From assembly GCF_011045215.1 (NCBI RefSeq), contig NZ_CP049201.1: a stretch of DNA of 64,000 nucleotides. The stretch is one strand, 5' to 3'. The notes beneath the pieces were generated by a model. That model saw only the letters and a list, made by a program, of their open reading frames with translations. It did not search any database and was not told where the DNA came from. The stretch's first letter is position 1. Each line of letters starts with the position of its first letter. This document shows, in pieces, positions 34,635 to 43,318 of this stretch. Source of the DNA: Escherichia coli. Lineage in GTDB: Bacteria > Pseudomonadota > Gammaproteobacteria > Enterobacterales > Enterobacteriaceae. The position numbers and the translations under genes were made by a program.

Positions 34635-34670
34635 ATGAAAAAAATGTATGATGAATTTGATGGTTTCTAA
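34635..34670 (+). other. candidate 11-codon uORF (MKKMYDEFDGF)
   Basis: GAGGGGG 5 nt upstream of the ATG; stop lies 20 nt before a hairpin and T-tract. Confidence 0.25.
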
Positions 34671-34688
34671 GCTACGTTGACCTCTAAT

Positions 34689-34722
34689 GAGGCGGGGATT
34701 TGCTCCCCGCCTTTTTTATGGA
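34689..34722 (+). terminator. hairpin plus T-tract; also contains a P2 cos-like GAGGCGGGGA motif
   Basis: ggcggggatttgctccccgcc followed by TTTTTTAT; GAGGCGGGGA partially matches the remembered P2 cohesive-end sequence. Confidence 0.45.
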
Positions 34723-34731
34723 TGAAATAGG

Positions 34732-35229
34732 ATGAACCCAATAACACTACAAATCATCAGCAATGCTATTGTTCTGCTTGGCGTTTTGGTTGCCATTGGA
34801 ACCATTATCTACAATGTGCGTACCGCAAAAAAAACTCAAACGGCCAACTTTCTTTTTGAGAGTCGGCAAGATATGCAATATATAGAGTCATTGCATACCC
34901 TGAAACAAGTGCATCGTTCAGGCAAATCATTTCGTTCTTATGTTTTTCCTTGTGATGGTTGTACAATAACAGATGAGGAAATGGCCGAGCGTCGAAAATT
35001 TCAATATATTTTAAATTTTTACGAGCGAGTTGCTGTAAGTATTCGTGAAGGTATTTATGATGAAAAAATGATAAAAAGAACATCTTACACAACAGTTGTA
35101 GAGACATATGATATTGCCGAGCCATTAATTAAAGCAATCAGAGAAAGCATTAATTCGGATACTACATATCAAGAATTCGAATGGTTAGTAAGAAGATGGA
35201 AAGCTAATCCTTTACGGAAAAACAAATAA
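34732..35229 (+). CDS. hypothetical protein with single N-terminal TM helix (accessory cassette gene 1)
   Basis: 165 aa; N-terminal hydrophobic helix then a charged soluble domain; no family recognised. Confidence 0.65.
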   Translation: MNPITLQIISNAIVLLGVLVAIGTIIYNVRTAKKTQTANFLFESRQDMQYIESLHTLKQVHRSGKSFRSYVFPCDGCTITDEEMAERRKFQYILNFYERVAVSIREGIYDEKMIKRTSYTTVVETYDIAEPLIKAIRESINSDTTYQEFEWLVRRWKANPLRKNK

Positions 35230-35268
35230 TGTTTTACCCTTTAATTTACAAGTAACACAGGGGGAAGT

Positions 35269-36111
35269 GTGACACAGAATCCGTTTTCATTTTATGACTT
35301 TTTGGGCTATCTAATTCCAGGTGGGTTATTCCTGTTTATCCTTTTTTTGTTTTCTATTGAAATTAACCCTGTTTATATAGAAGGTATTCTTAACCACATC
35401 CTGAAATATAAAGAAATAATAAGTGTATTTATATATGTGGTATTAATTGTTCTATCATATATTTCAGGTCACTTCATATCTATTCTATCATCCTGTTTAA
35501 TTGAAAAATACATGAACAGTAAACTTGGGTATCCTTCAATTTATCTGTTTTCTAAAAGAAGCTCCCTGAAAATAAAACGACATAATACTAAGTTCAGTAT
35601 AGTTCATTTTATCCGTGGAGTTTTTTTACTTCCTGTATCAGCTTTTGATAAAGCAGAACATCATAAAACCACTCTGCATTCTATACTTATTAAAGTCTTT
35701 TGGCCGCAAATACGAGATGGTTATATAAATGTTTTTTCTGTATCTACGCTATATCGACGTAAGGGCTTGAGGGGCGATCTTTTTCGCCTTGCTTATCATT
35801 ATGTGTATGAACATTCTAAAAATCATCAGGTGAAAATGCAAAACTATGTTGCTTTGTATGGTTTTTGTAGAAACATTACATTTGTTTTTCTCGCTTCAGT
35901 CTGGTTGCTTATATGCCTGTTCCCTCTATCCTTTTTAATAGATATAAATATCAGGTTGTTACCTTTTTGTTTTCTTCTCTTGTTTTGTATTGCTGCATCC
36001 CGAGTATTTTATTATGGTTTTGTTAAGTATTATCGCCGCTATTCTCTTGAGGTTTTAATGGCATTTGCGGTACTTCAGCACGATAAAAAAACTTCGGCAA
36101 TTCCATCATGA
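35269..36111 (+). CDS. hypothetical polytopic membrane protein (accessory cassette gene 2)
   Basis: 280 aa, GTG start preceded by AGGGGGAAG; about 5-6 hydrophobic segments; visibly AT-rich; no family recognised. Confidence 0.65.
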   Translation: MTQNPFSFYDFLGYLIPGGLFLFILFLFSIEINPVYIEGILNHILKYKEIISVFIYVVLIVLSYISGHFISILSSCLIEKYMNSKLGYPSIYLFSKRSSLKIKRHNTKFSIVHFIRGVFLLPVSAFDKAEHHKTTLHSILIKVFWPQIRDGYINVFSVSTLYRRKGLRGDLFRLAYHYVYEHSKNHQVKMQNYVALYGFCRNITFVFLASVWLLICLFPLSFLIDINIRLLPFCFLLLFCIAASRVFYYGFVKYYRRYSLEVLMAFAVLQHDKKTSAIPS

Positions 36112-36194
36112 TTTGAAACATTGGCACCCTGTTAGCAAGGGTGCCAGAATGATGTGTTGGTATGTATTTTATTAGTTCAAATACAATTGTCAGA

Positions 36195-36509
36195 TTATTC
36201 TGGGAATAAGGTCTGAATATTCTTTTTTATTTTATAAAAATTGCATTCAACTCCGCTAGGCTGATTAGCCTGGTATGTTTCCTTGATGCTAACGGTATTG
36301 AAGGGGAGGTTGTCCTCTGGCCATTCGGCCATCCAGTAGGCAAATGCTGGGTTGCGCTTTATGAGTGCTAGCCCAGCCAGAAAGGCCGCGCGTTGCGCGC
36401 GGCTGCGTTCGGAGGCTGGCAGGCTATCGAGGTAATTGCACGCCTCCTGTTCACTCTTGACGGCGGCGGGCTTCAGATAGAAACTTATCCGTCTGGTTGG
36501 TGTCGTCAT
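36195..36509 (-). CDS. ParR-like partition adaptor / DNA-binding protein
   Basis: 104 aa; N-terminus (RRISFYLKP..CNYLDSLPASERSRAQRAAFLAGLALIKRNP) resembles plasmid R1 ParR as recalled; directly downstream of the ParM-like gene. Confidence 0.65.
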   Translation of the reverse strand: MTTPTRRISFYLKPAAVKSEQEACNYLDSLPASERSRAQRAAFLAGLALIKRNPAFAYWMAEWPEDNLPFNTVSIKETYQANQPSGVECNFYKIKKNIQTLFPE

Positions 36510-36513
36510 TGGT

Positions 36514-37473
36514 TTACTCCTTGTTCATTGCGTACAGTCCATTAACCAGAGCAAACTGTGGCACCCCGTCCGCGATGAAAGTCGCATTAACTCCGCAGGC
36601 TTCGCGGATAGCGGGTGCCACAATCTCCGCCCCGCCACCGACAACCATCACCCGCCCGTAACCCGAAAAAACCGCCAGCGCGCGGATCACGCGTTGTTTC
36701 AGTGTTTCTTCCTTTTCACGAATAACCGCCATCAGGCTGGCGTAATGCGCGTCATTGTGGATGTGCTGGCGCAGCCAGGCTTCATCATGGCGATGTTCGA
36801 TAATGGTATTGGCGATGTGGTGACTGGTGCGCATACCGTTAGTGGCCATCACCGACAGTACGGCATCGGCCATCAGAGAAACGCCTACGTGTGGATCGCA
36901 AAACACCTGGCTGATACCTGCCAGTTGCCCCTGGACCTTTGCCACATCCAGCGTGGTTCCGCCCAAATCCACAATCAGCAGGGATTCAAACGGACTCATG
37001 TCAGCCAGTGCCTTAAAGCCAGCCGGAATGGATTCAGGCATAACCCGTACGTTACGGATAGTGAATGCTTCGCCGTTCTGGTACTCCACCGGGCGCATGA
37101 CGTTCGCTTTTTTGCGGTTGATGTTGGCCATGTCCGGCTGTGCGTTTGTGTCGAAATATTCGCTCAGTGGCAGGGTGACAACCACATCCACTTCCTGTGG
37201 TGTGATGCCTGATTTGACCAGCGCGTGATGAATGGCAATGACATTCACATCGCTGTACTGGTATTGCGTGTCGGTCGTCTGGACAAAGCGATCGCTGACC
37301 GGATCAAAACCATAGCGCACGCCATCAACCATGTAGTTCGCGGGCTGCGTGCCACCGAACGGCGCAGACCATTCCGACTTGAAGCTGTTCGGGCTGATGG
37401 CGTTGCGGCGTTCGCCGTTCTCAGTCCATGCCAGCTTGATGTTGGTGGAGCCGTCATCGATACAAATTTTCAT
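36514..37473 (-). CDS. ParM/StbA-like actin-type segregation ATPase
   Basis: 319 aa; MKICIDDGSTNIKLAW..ISPNSF..YQYSDVNVIAIHHAL..VMPESIPAG..LIVDLGGTTLD..VMVVGGGAE resembles R1 ParM/StbA along its length. Confidence 0.85.
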   Translation of the reverse strand: MKICIDDGSTNIKLAWTENGERRNAISPNSFKSEWSAPFGGTQPANYMVDGVRYGFDPVSDRFVQTTDTQYQYSDVNVIAIHHALVKSGITPQEVDVVVTLPLSEYFDTNAQPDMANINRKKANVMRPVEYQNGEAFTIRNVRVMPESIPAGFKALADMSPFESLLIVDLGGTTLDVAKVQGQLAGISQVFCDPHVGVSLMADAVLSVMATNGMRTSHHIANTIIEHRHDEAWLRQHIHNDAHYASLMAVIREKEETLKQRVIRALAVFSGYGRVMVVGGGAEIVAPAIREACGVNATFIADGVPQFALVNGLYAMNKE

Positions 37474-37508
37474 GTCGCTTTTCCTTATGTTGATTAATTA
37501 ATCGTTTG

Positions 37509-37615
37509 CGGGATTCTGAAATCCCGTTTTTGCCTGTTTTATGCGCGCTTCATATATCGCGGCGCGTTTTTTGCTCATTTACGGGATTTGTGAATCCCGT
37601 TTCTGTCTGTTTTTT
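37509..37615. repeat. two copies of a ~33-bp direct repeat, each with an 18-bp hairpin palindrome
   Basis: cgggattctgaaatcccg (37509..37526) and cgggatttgtgaatcccg (37582..37599), each followed by a T-rich tail; the second lies within the last codons of A. Confidence 0.5.
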
Positions 37616-40373
37616 TGTTTCCACTGGTCAGGCTACCCTGCAGCAGGTCTGCTTTGCGGCGGGCGCGTTCAGTGGTTTCACTGATTCTCTGTGCGTGCTC
37701 TGCGTCACAAATGGCGCGCAGCATGTCAGAAAGCACGGTAACGGGTGTTTTCATGGTGTTCTGGACCTGCTGAAGTGTGGATGCCAGGCGTGCGGCGGCT
37801 TCGGGGTCTGATGCCCCGAGCTGTGCCAGATAGCTGGCGACCGGGTTATGGCGGATCTCCGTGCTGCTTACGCCGTGATTACGGCTCAGGCGCTGCCAGA
37901 GCTGCGTGATTCGGCTGTCCGGGCGGGTATCCGGTTTACGTACAATTTCAAATCCCTGCGGTGAAATGATGCTGCCGTCAACGTACAGACTGCCGCCCCG
38001 TAACAGGTGCTGCATCTGCTGTTCACCGATATGCAGGCCGAGAGATTCAGCAGACTCCCGCCATTCTTTAGCGAGTAACTCGTGGTTATCAGGCAAAGGC
38101 CGCGGCTGTTTGCGGCTCTGTGTCCAGCTCTGCATTTCATCGCTGCTGTTTTTTGCCTGTTTGTCACGAAGCGAACGCATCAGCGCCCGGCGTTCGTGCC
38201 GTTTCAGTGAGCGCATCCATTCATTCACTTCAACGCCGTCAGGAAGCTGCGGCCACGGTGCTGGCCGTTCTTCCGACTGTTCTGTCCCGCTGTTGCCTGT
38301 TTCCTGTACACGGGGACAGTTATTGCCACGAGTCCAAGGGGCGGCAGGGCCGCCCTGAAGGTCAAAACCATTTTCGCGGGCGCTGTCTTCCGCTTCCGGT
38401 TTACGTCTTACCAGCTTCCAGTTATCCGGATGCGTGCACACACGGGAGGATTCCCCGATGAGTGGTGACCAGATCCCGTAAATCTGTACGCTCTGTTCGC
38501 CGTAATCGTTCAGCTCATCTGCGAGGTCGTAGGCGGTGCGAATCAGGTAGTCTTTACGTGGAACAAGTACGCCACCCTGTTTCTCAATGTAGGTGGCAAA
38601 ACATCCGGCATCAGCGGCAGCAAGAACCGCATCCATTGCGTCATCCTTCAGCCGTTGCGGGCCTTCCGGGTTGCGTGCCATCTGGCTGGCAAGGCGGCGG
38701 AGTTCACGCCACACCTGACGGGAGGGAATGCCAAAGAACTGGAACTGGCGGACCCGGTGAAGGCGCGCCCAGCCGATGGCGCGCTCCACGCTCTCGGCCA
38801 TTGATTTACCTGTTTCGTGGTCAACGCGTGGCTTGCCCGTTTTCGGGTCGATGCCATCCACGGCACGGCTGTCCAGGTTTTTCCCAATGTAGGTGGCGAT
38901 GTAGCTGGTCGGTGTGCCTTTTGAGCCGTCGACGTACTCCGCCTTAAAGCGTGGGGTAATATCATCACCCAGCTCGTGACGATCTTCCTGAATGGCAATA
39001 TCGCGGGTGTGGGACACAATGGTGTCGATTTCTTCCGGATGAGCAAAGACCATCATATGCCAGTGCACGGTGCCGTCATGGTGAGGCTCCACCGTGCGGA
39101 TGCCATACCAGCGCAGGCCGTCGCGGTTCAGTTTCTTGCGGACCGCCGCAAAAAACGTGTTAACCAGGTAATCGCTGGAGTCGCGCATGGTGGCCCCGTT
39201 CCATTTGGGATTCGGATGACCGTTCTCCGTTGTTGCGTGGTATTTTGACGGGCAGGTGACAGTCAGAAACACCGCTCTGTCGCCACGGGCTTCGGCCAGA
39301 AGTTCCAGCCCCTTCATGGTGGCCATCATTTCTGCCTTACGGTGAACCGGGTTACTTACTCCCGCGTAATACACTGTCTCGAGATCAATCGTGAACCCGT
39401 CTTCATTTTCCAGCATGAAACTTTTCAGGAAATCGCGTGTTTTCTCGCGCTGTGCGCGAAACTCGCTTAACGCGTCCTGGCTCAGATATGGTGATGTTTT
39501 TCTGGAAACCAGACAGGCGGCGCGGAGTTGTTCTTCTCTCCACTCGCAACGTAACAGCCACAGTTTGCGTTTCCACCATTCCGCACAGGTCAGGCGAAGG
39601 ATTGCGCCCGGCAGCAGCTCCGTGTCCGGTTCGTTCCTCCGGTCTTTGTCTGTCGTCAGTGCGTCATAATGTGGAGGCATGGCGTGCAGGTGTAACGCCA
39701 TGCGGGCCAGCATCTGATACGCCTTCAGCGTTACATCCATGGTCAGTTCACCATCAGTCGCGCCAAAGCCATCGCAGAGTTTTTCGAAGGTGCTGCTGAA
39801 CATCGCCGCCGTCATGGTGGCCAGCGTCTGTATCTGGTGTTTGTTGAGCTGCGGCAGGTAAAGCAAATCGTCCAGGCGTTCGCGTCCGGCAAGGGAGCGA
39901 TAACCCGGTGTCAGCCAGCGTCCGTCAGTGCGATCCAGACGTTCGAATATTTTGCGCAGGGTTCCGCGTGCATAGCGTTCCGCCTGCCAGCTCTTTTTGC
40001 CTTTCCTGCGATCGGCTTCCTGTTTTTTGCGCAGGAAGGAGAGGTGGCGAATAAGCGGATCGCGCAGATAGGACGGCAGCAGGCGCAGCGAGGCCATGGC
40101 TTCATCCACCGCGCCGCGTGCCTGTTTTCTGGCGTCTCCTGCCAGTGTGATGGTTTTGTCCTGTTTTTCCTGTGCGTCCAGGCTTTTATTAATCAGGTTG
40201 CCCAGCGGCGTGGCGGAGAACGCCGCATCAGCCATTTCCTGGCGGCGCTCGTTCTCTGCCCGGTAGGCATCCAGCCAGGAGGAAAGCGCGGATTCAGGAG
40301 CGGGGATCCCCGTTCCTTCACGCCCCACTGCGTGGCGCGGTTGTTGCCAGTCCCTGATGTACTCTGCCGTCAT
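37575..40373 (-). CDS. A: replication initiation endonuclease A (rolling-circle initiator)
   Basis: 932 aa; ..VHWHMMVF.. and ..YIATYIGKN.. (HUH and catalytic-Tyr contexts) as in P2 gpA. Confidence 0.88.
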   Translation of the reverse strand: MTAEYIRDWQQPRHAVGREGTGIPAPESALSSWLDAYRAENERRQEMADAAFSATPLGNLINKSLDAQEKQDKTITLAGDARKQARGAVDEAMASLRLLPSYLRDPLIRHLSFLRKKQEADRRKGKKSWQAERYARGTLRKIFERLDRTDGRWLTPGYRSLAGRERLDDLLYLPQLNKHQIQTLATMTAAMFSSTFEKLCDGFGATDGELTMDVTLKAYQMLARMALHLHAMPPHYDALTTDKDRRNEPDTELLPGAILRLTCAEWWKRKLWLLRCEWREEQLRAACLVSRKTSPYLSQDALSEFRAQREKTRDFLKSFMLENEDGFTIDLETVYYAGVSNPVHRKAEMMATMKGLELLAEARGDRAVFLTVTCPSKYHATTENGHPNPKWNGATMRDSSDYLVNTFFAAVRKKLNRDGLRWYGIRTVEPHHDGTVHWHMMVFAHPEEIDTIVSHTRDIAIQEDRHELGDDITPRFKAEYVDGSKGTPTSYIATYIGKNLDSRAVDGIDPKTGKPRVDHETGKSMAESVERAIGWARLHRVRQFQFFGIPSRQVWRELRRLASQMARNPEGPQRLKDDAMDAVLAAADAGCFATYIEKQGGVLVPRKDYLIRTAYDLADELNDYGEQSVQIYGIWSPLIGESSRVCTHPDNWKLVRRKPEAEDSARENGFDLQGGPAAPWTRGNNCPRVQETGNSGTEQSEERPAPWPQLPDGVEVNEWMRSLKRHERRALMRSLRDKQAKNSSDEMQSWTQSRKQPRPLPDNHELLAKEWRESAESLGLHIGEQQMQHLLRGGSLYVDGSIISPQGFEIVRKPDTRPDSRITQLWQRLSRNHGVSSTEIRHNPVASYLAQLGASDPEAAARLASTLQQVQNTMKTPVTVLSDMLRAICDAEHAQRISETTERARRKADLLQGSLTSGNKKTDRNGIHKSRK

Positions 40374-40379
40374 AGTGAT

Positions 40380-40745
40380 TTACTTCGTCATGCCATTCAG
40401 GGTGTCGCGGCAGACTGTAGCCAGCCGCTGAATTTCCAGCACGGTGTCTTCTGTGTCGGCATGGCGATGTGTGATGCGGATGCTGTCGGCAATCACATCG
40501 ACGATTGCAGAGGATGGGCGCTGGTAAATGCCAATAACGGACGGGGTGCCACCTTCAATGCGGTAAAGCCTGTAATTTCCCTCGTGGCTGTCAATCATGT
40601 AGCGACCATCAATAACAATCTTTCCGTCAGCGAGCTGCGGTACAGGCAGAGATTTCAGGTACATGTCATAACGATCACGCACGCGAGCGGCAAGATCACG
40701 TTCTGTGTTGAGCAGGTATTCAAGAAAGTCGTTGGCGAGAATCAT
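40380..40745 (-). CDS. hypothetical early protein
   Basis: 121 aa ORF immediately upstream of A on the same strand. Confidence 0.55.
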   Translation of the reverse strand: MILANDFLEYLLNTERDLAARVRDRYDMYLKSLPVPQLADGKIVIDGRYMIDSHEGNYRLYRIEGGTPSVIGIYQRPSSAIVDVIADSIRITHRHADTEDTVLEIQRLATVCRDTLNGMTK

Positions 40746-41227
40746 TGCGGCAATCCTCTTGTTACAGATGTGCGAAGGCCTCCCGCCGCAAGGTGCAGGA
40801 AAGGCCCGGAACAGGAATTAATGGAGTTTGTTTTGCTGCTGGATGAGCTGTTGAAGCTCGTGCAGATCATCCGCCAGATAGCTGAAAACAGAGGCGGAAT
40901 AAATGTTTGATAGTGCGTGGCTGCGCTCATGCCGCATATTGATGTGCATGATTTGCGCGACGCGTGATGCGCGGGAAAGTCTGCGGTTGATTTCAGTCTG
41001 GATGTGACGACGCTCCGCGATAGCGCGGTGCTGTTTGCGGTCTGCCATGGTGTGGCCTCTTTGCTCGGTGATAGAAATAACTCACCATCCAGAGTTGAGA
41101 ATCTCGGGGTGGCGAGACGTACAGGGTTCTCAACACCGGAGAGCAAAGAATCCGGCCCGACCGAAGTCGGCCCCGTACGCCCCGCCATAATTCTGACGCG
41201 AAAAAGACGTGGCAATACAGTACGCAC

Positions 41228-41248
41228 AAAAAAACCGCTTGCGCGGTT
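41228..41248 (-). terminator. rho-independent terminator (minus strand)
   Basis: On the minus strand aaccgcgcaagcggtt followed by TTTTTTT. Confidence 0.5.
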
Positions 41249-41370
41249 ATGCGCTTTGCTCTGTATCGGGTTGAGAATCCCGGCACCCGTTTTATGAGGT
41301 GCAGCGGAAATGTAACCTGACCGATTGAGGCATGGCAAGCGGTTTTTTTGTGTGTGCATGTTCTGGTTTC

Positions 41371-41670
41371 TTAGTGGTTCAGAAAAAAATCAAAAACCTT
41401 GTCAATGCGTTGCAGCAGCTCTTTCTGTATTGCTTCCGGCGTTTCCGGTTCGCCTGGCGCCTCCAACGTCGCGCAGAAATCCTCGATTTCATGACGGAGC
41501 GTCAGGCGAATGGCGAGAGGTGTGGTTTTGGCGTGCTCCAGCTGATCCAGCAGTGCCAGCACAGCAGACGGCGAGAGCATTGCGCGAAATGCCAGTAATT
41601 TTTGAGGAGTTGCCATTCGTTGCAGGGCAAATGCCAGTTCGCGTAGCTTCTGGTGGTTGGTGGTGCTCAT
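41371..41670 (-). CDS. hypothetical early protein
   Basis: 99 aa ORF in the early leftward operon. Confidence 0.5.
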   Translation of the reverse strand: MSTTNHQKLRELAFALQRMATPQKLLAFRAMLSPSAVLALLDQLEHAKTTPLAIRLTLRHEIEDFCATLEAPGEPETPEAIQKELLQRIDKVFDFFLNH

Positions 41671-41933
41671 GTTCTGGCTTCCTTCAGTAGCTGGTTAAAC
41701 ATGTGAGTAAGTGGATTGCTACACCCGAACGGCATCGGGTTTACGTGGTAAGAAGCCTGGCCTCCAGTTTTGCGAGCGCGACCACCTGTGCTGCGGTTTG
41801 TTCTGATGACTAAGCCGCCGCGCCAAAGTCGGCGTAACTCAGTATTAATAGCTGTGGTTGGGGTGTTCAATGCTGCGGCGATCTCTCCGCCGCTACACCC
41901 CGGATGAGTAGCGATGTAGTCCAGAATGGTCAT
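41667..41933 (-). CDS. hypothetical early protein, possible winged-helix DNA-binding
   Basis: 88 aa, overlapping start/stop with neighbours. Confidence 0.5.
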   Translation of the reverse strand: MTILDYIATHPGCSGGEIAAALNTPTTAINTELRRLWRGGLVIRTNRSTGGRARKTGGQASYHVNPMPFGCSNPLTHMFNQLLKEART

Positions 41934-42133
41934 CTGCGTGGCTCCTGTACCTGTCGGATAAGATTCACCCGCGCCACGTTGGTGGCGCAGAAGTAAGTGC
42001 CGTCAGTGAGGTAGATGTGGTGTGCATCCTTTTCCGAACGATGTTTGTCGATAGTGGTAATCAGGCGTTCGTCGACCTCGTATTCGCGCCCTCTGGAGGT
42101 AAAGCGAACGACGGGAAAATGCTTAATTGCCAT
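41930..42133 (-). CDS. hypothetical early protein
   Basis: 67 aa, translationally coupled within the operon. Confidence 0.45.
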   Translation of the reverse strand: MAIKHFPVVRFTSRGREYEVDERLITTIDKHRSEKDAHHIYLTDGTYFCATNVARVNLIRQVQEPRR

Positions 42134-42156
42134 TGCGCCCCCTTTGTCCAGTAACC

Positions 42157-42573
42157 CTATGCGTTAAATACGGCACGTTGCGCGTCATCAATGAATACAG
42201 CTTGAGAGCGTTCTATCAGGCGGAGATTTGTCAGAAGCTCTGACTCTTTTGTGTGGTAAGGCGTTATCAGGTATTTGCCGTGCAGTTCGGCAATAATGGT
42301 GTATTGCAGCATCATTGCTGAACCAAGAATATAAATGCAGCGTCCAATGCTGGACGGATTCATGGCTGCAACTGTTGACTGTGTTTTAAGAGTGTCGATT
42401 TCTTTGCTCTGTTCCTCAATAATTTTGGCTGCGTCAGCGGTGATTTTTGCAATGGTCAGTGCGTGAAGTGCTGCCATATGTTGGCTACGCTTCACGGCAT
42501 CTTTAGCCATTTCATCTTCCGCTTCTGATATTTTTTTTAATGTGTCGATAATGCCTTCTTCTTTTGCGTTCAT
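42157..42573 (-). CDS. hypothetical early protein
   Basis: 138 aa ORF. Confidence 0.5.
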   Translation of the reverse strand: MNAKEEGIIDTLKKISEAEDEMAKDAVKRSQHMAALHALTIAKITADAAKIIEEQSKEIDTLKTQSTVAAMNPSSIGRCIYILGSAMMLQYTIIAELHGKYLITPYHTKESELLTNLRLIERSQAVFIDDAQRAVFNA

Positions 42574-42775
42574 TTTATATCTCCGTTATTTACGTGTGCG
42601 AATACCTCCGCGAATGCGGATAGTTTTCAGGTTTTCGGGTTTAATCTGGTGTTTTGTTTAAGCTGTTATTCGTCAGTGAAAAAGCGTTCAATCTTTTTTA
42701 CTGAATGAATAATTCGCATAATCCCAATGGCGCAGGCCACCGAAATAATCAGAACAAGCCATGAGATAAATATAC

Positions 42776-43018
42776 TCATGCGATATTCCCCAGCTTATAC
42801 GGTTCAATGTGTTCCCCGCATTCTGCGGCACAGATCAGCTCGGAAAGTTCGTTAAGTGCATCCAGATCATCAGCGTAAAAAGCGACGTCATACAAACTCC
42901 GGATTGCCCTGGTCAATGAGTCACGGGCTGCACGTTCAGCATGAGCGCCTGATGCACTTAAGCGAAAATAAAATCGTTCAAGTGCTTTATTAATGAGAGT
43001 TTTATATTCTTTGCCCAT
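42776..43018 (-). CDS. hypothetical early protein
   Basis: 80 aa ORF. Confidence 0.45.
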   Translation of the reverse strand: MGKEYKTLINKALERFYFRLSASGAHAERAARDSLTRAIRSLYDVAFYADDLDALNELSELICAAECGEHIEPYKLGNIA

Positions 43019-43029
43019 CGCAACGCCCT

Positions 43030-43308
43030 TTAATCTGCTTTCTGAATTTCAGCTTCTGAATCCATACAAATAATTTCGATATAGGGTTCATCGCCATTAA
43101 CCTGACGTGCCTTTTCAGCTTCGCTAATGATTTCTCGTACGGTCTGGTACGGAAGCTCCACAGTCAGGCGCGTACCGTTCAGATAAACGTAAGTAGCTGC
43201 GTTTTTTTCTGATGGGACGACTCCATCAATAGCTGATGCGCGTAATAACAGTTCACCGCGAAAATCAATAAAACGGATAAATACACCTTGTGCATGCTCT
43301 TTGGCCAT
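43030..43308 (-). CDS. hypothetical early protein
   Basis: Listed ORF 43030..43407; plausible start at MAKEH. Confidence 0.5.
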   Translation of the reverse strand: MAKEHAQGVFIRFIDFRGELLLRASAIDGVVPSEKNAATYVYLNGTRLTVELPYQTVREIISEAEKARQVNGDEPYIEIICMDSEAEIQKAD

Positions 43309-43318
43309 AAAGCACCTG

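Noticed and set aside
37509-37615. Reading the two hairpin-plus-T-tract repeats upstream of the ParM-like gene simply as terminators
   Set aside because: They face the plus strand while all neighbouring genes are on the minus strand, and they form two copies of a longer direct repeat; a protein-binding (operator/centromere) role seems at least as likely, so they are reported as repeats.
39837-40910. 357-aa plus-strand ORF overlapping gene A and a neighbouring early gene
   Set aside because: Antisense to the replication initiator and upstream ORF; Cys/Arg-rich junk-like translation.
40742-41359. 205-aa minus-strand ORF across the structured non-coding region
   Set aside because: Ser/Arg/Thr-rich low-complexity translation and no RBS; the region is better explained as non-coding with hairpins (reported as a finding).
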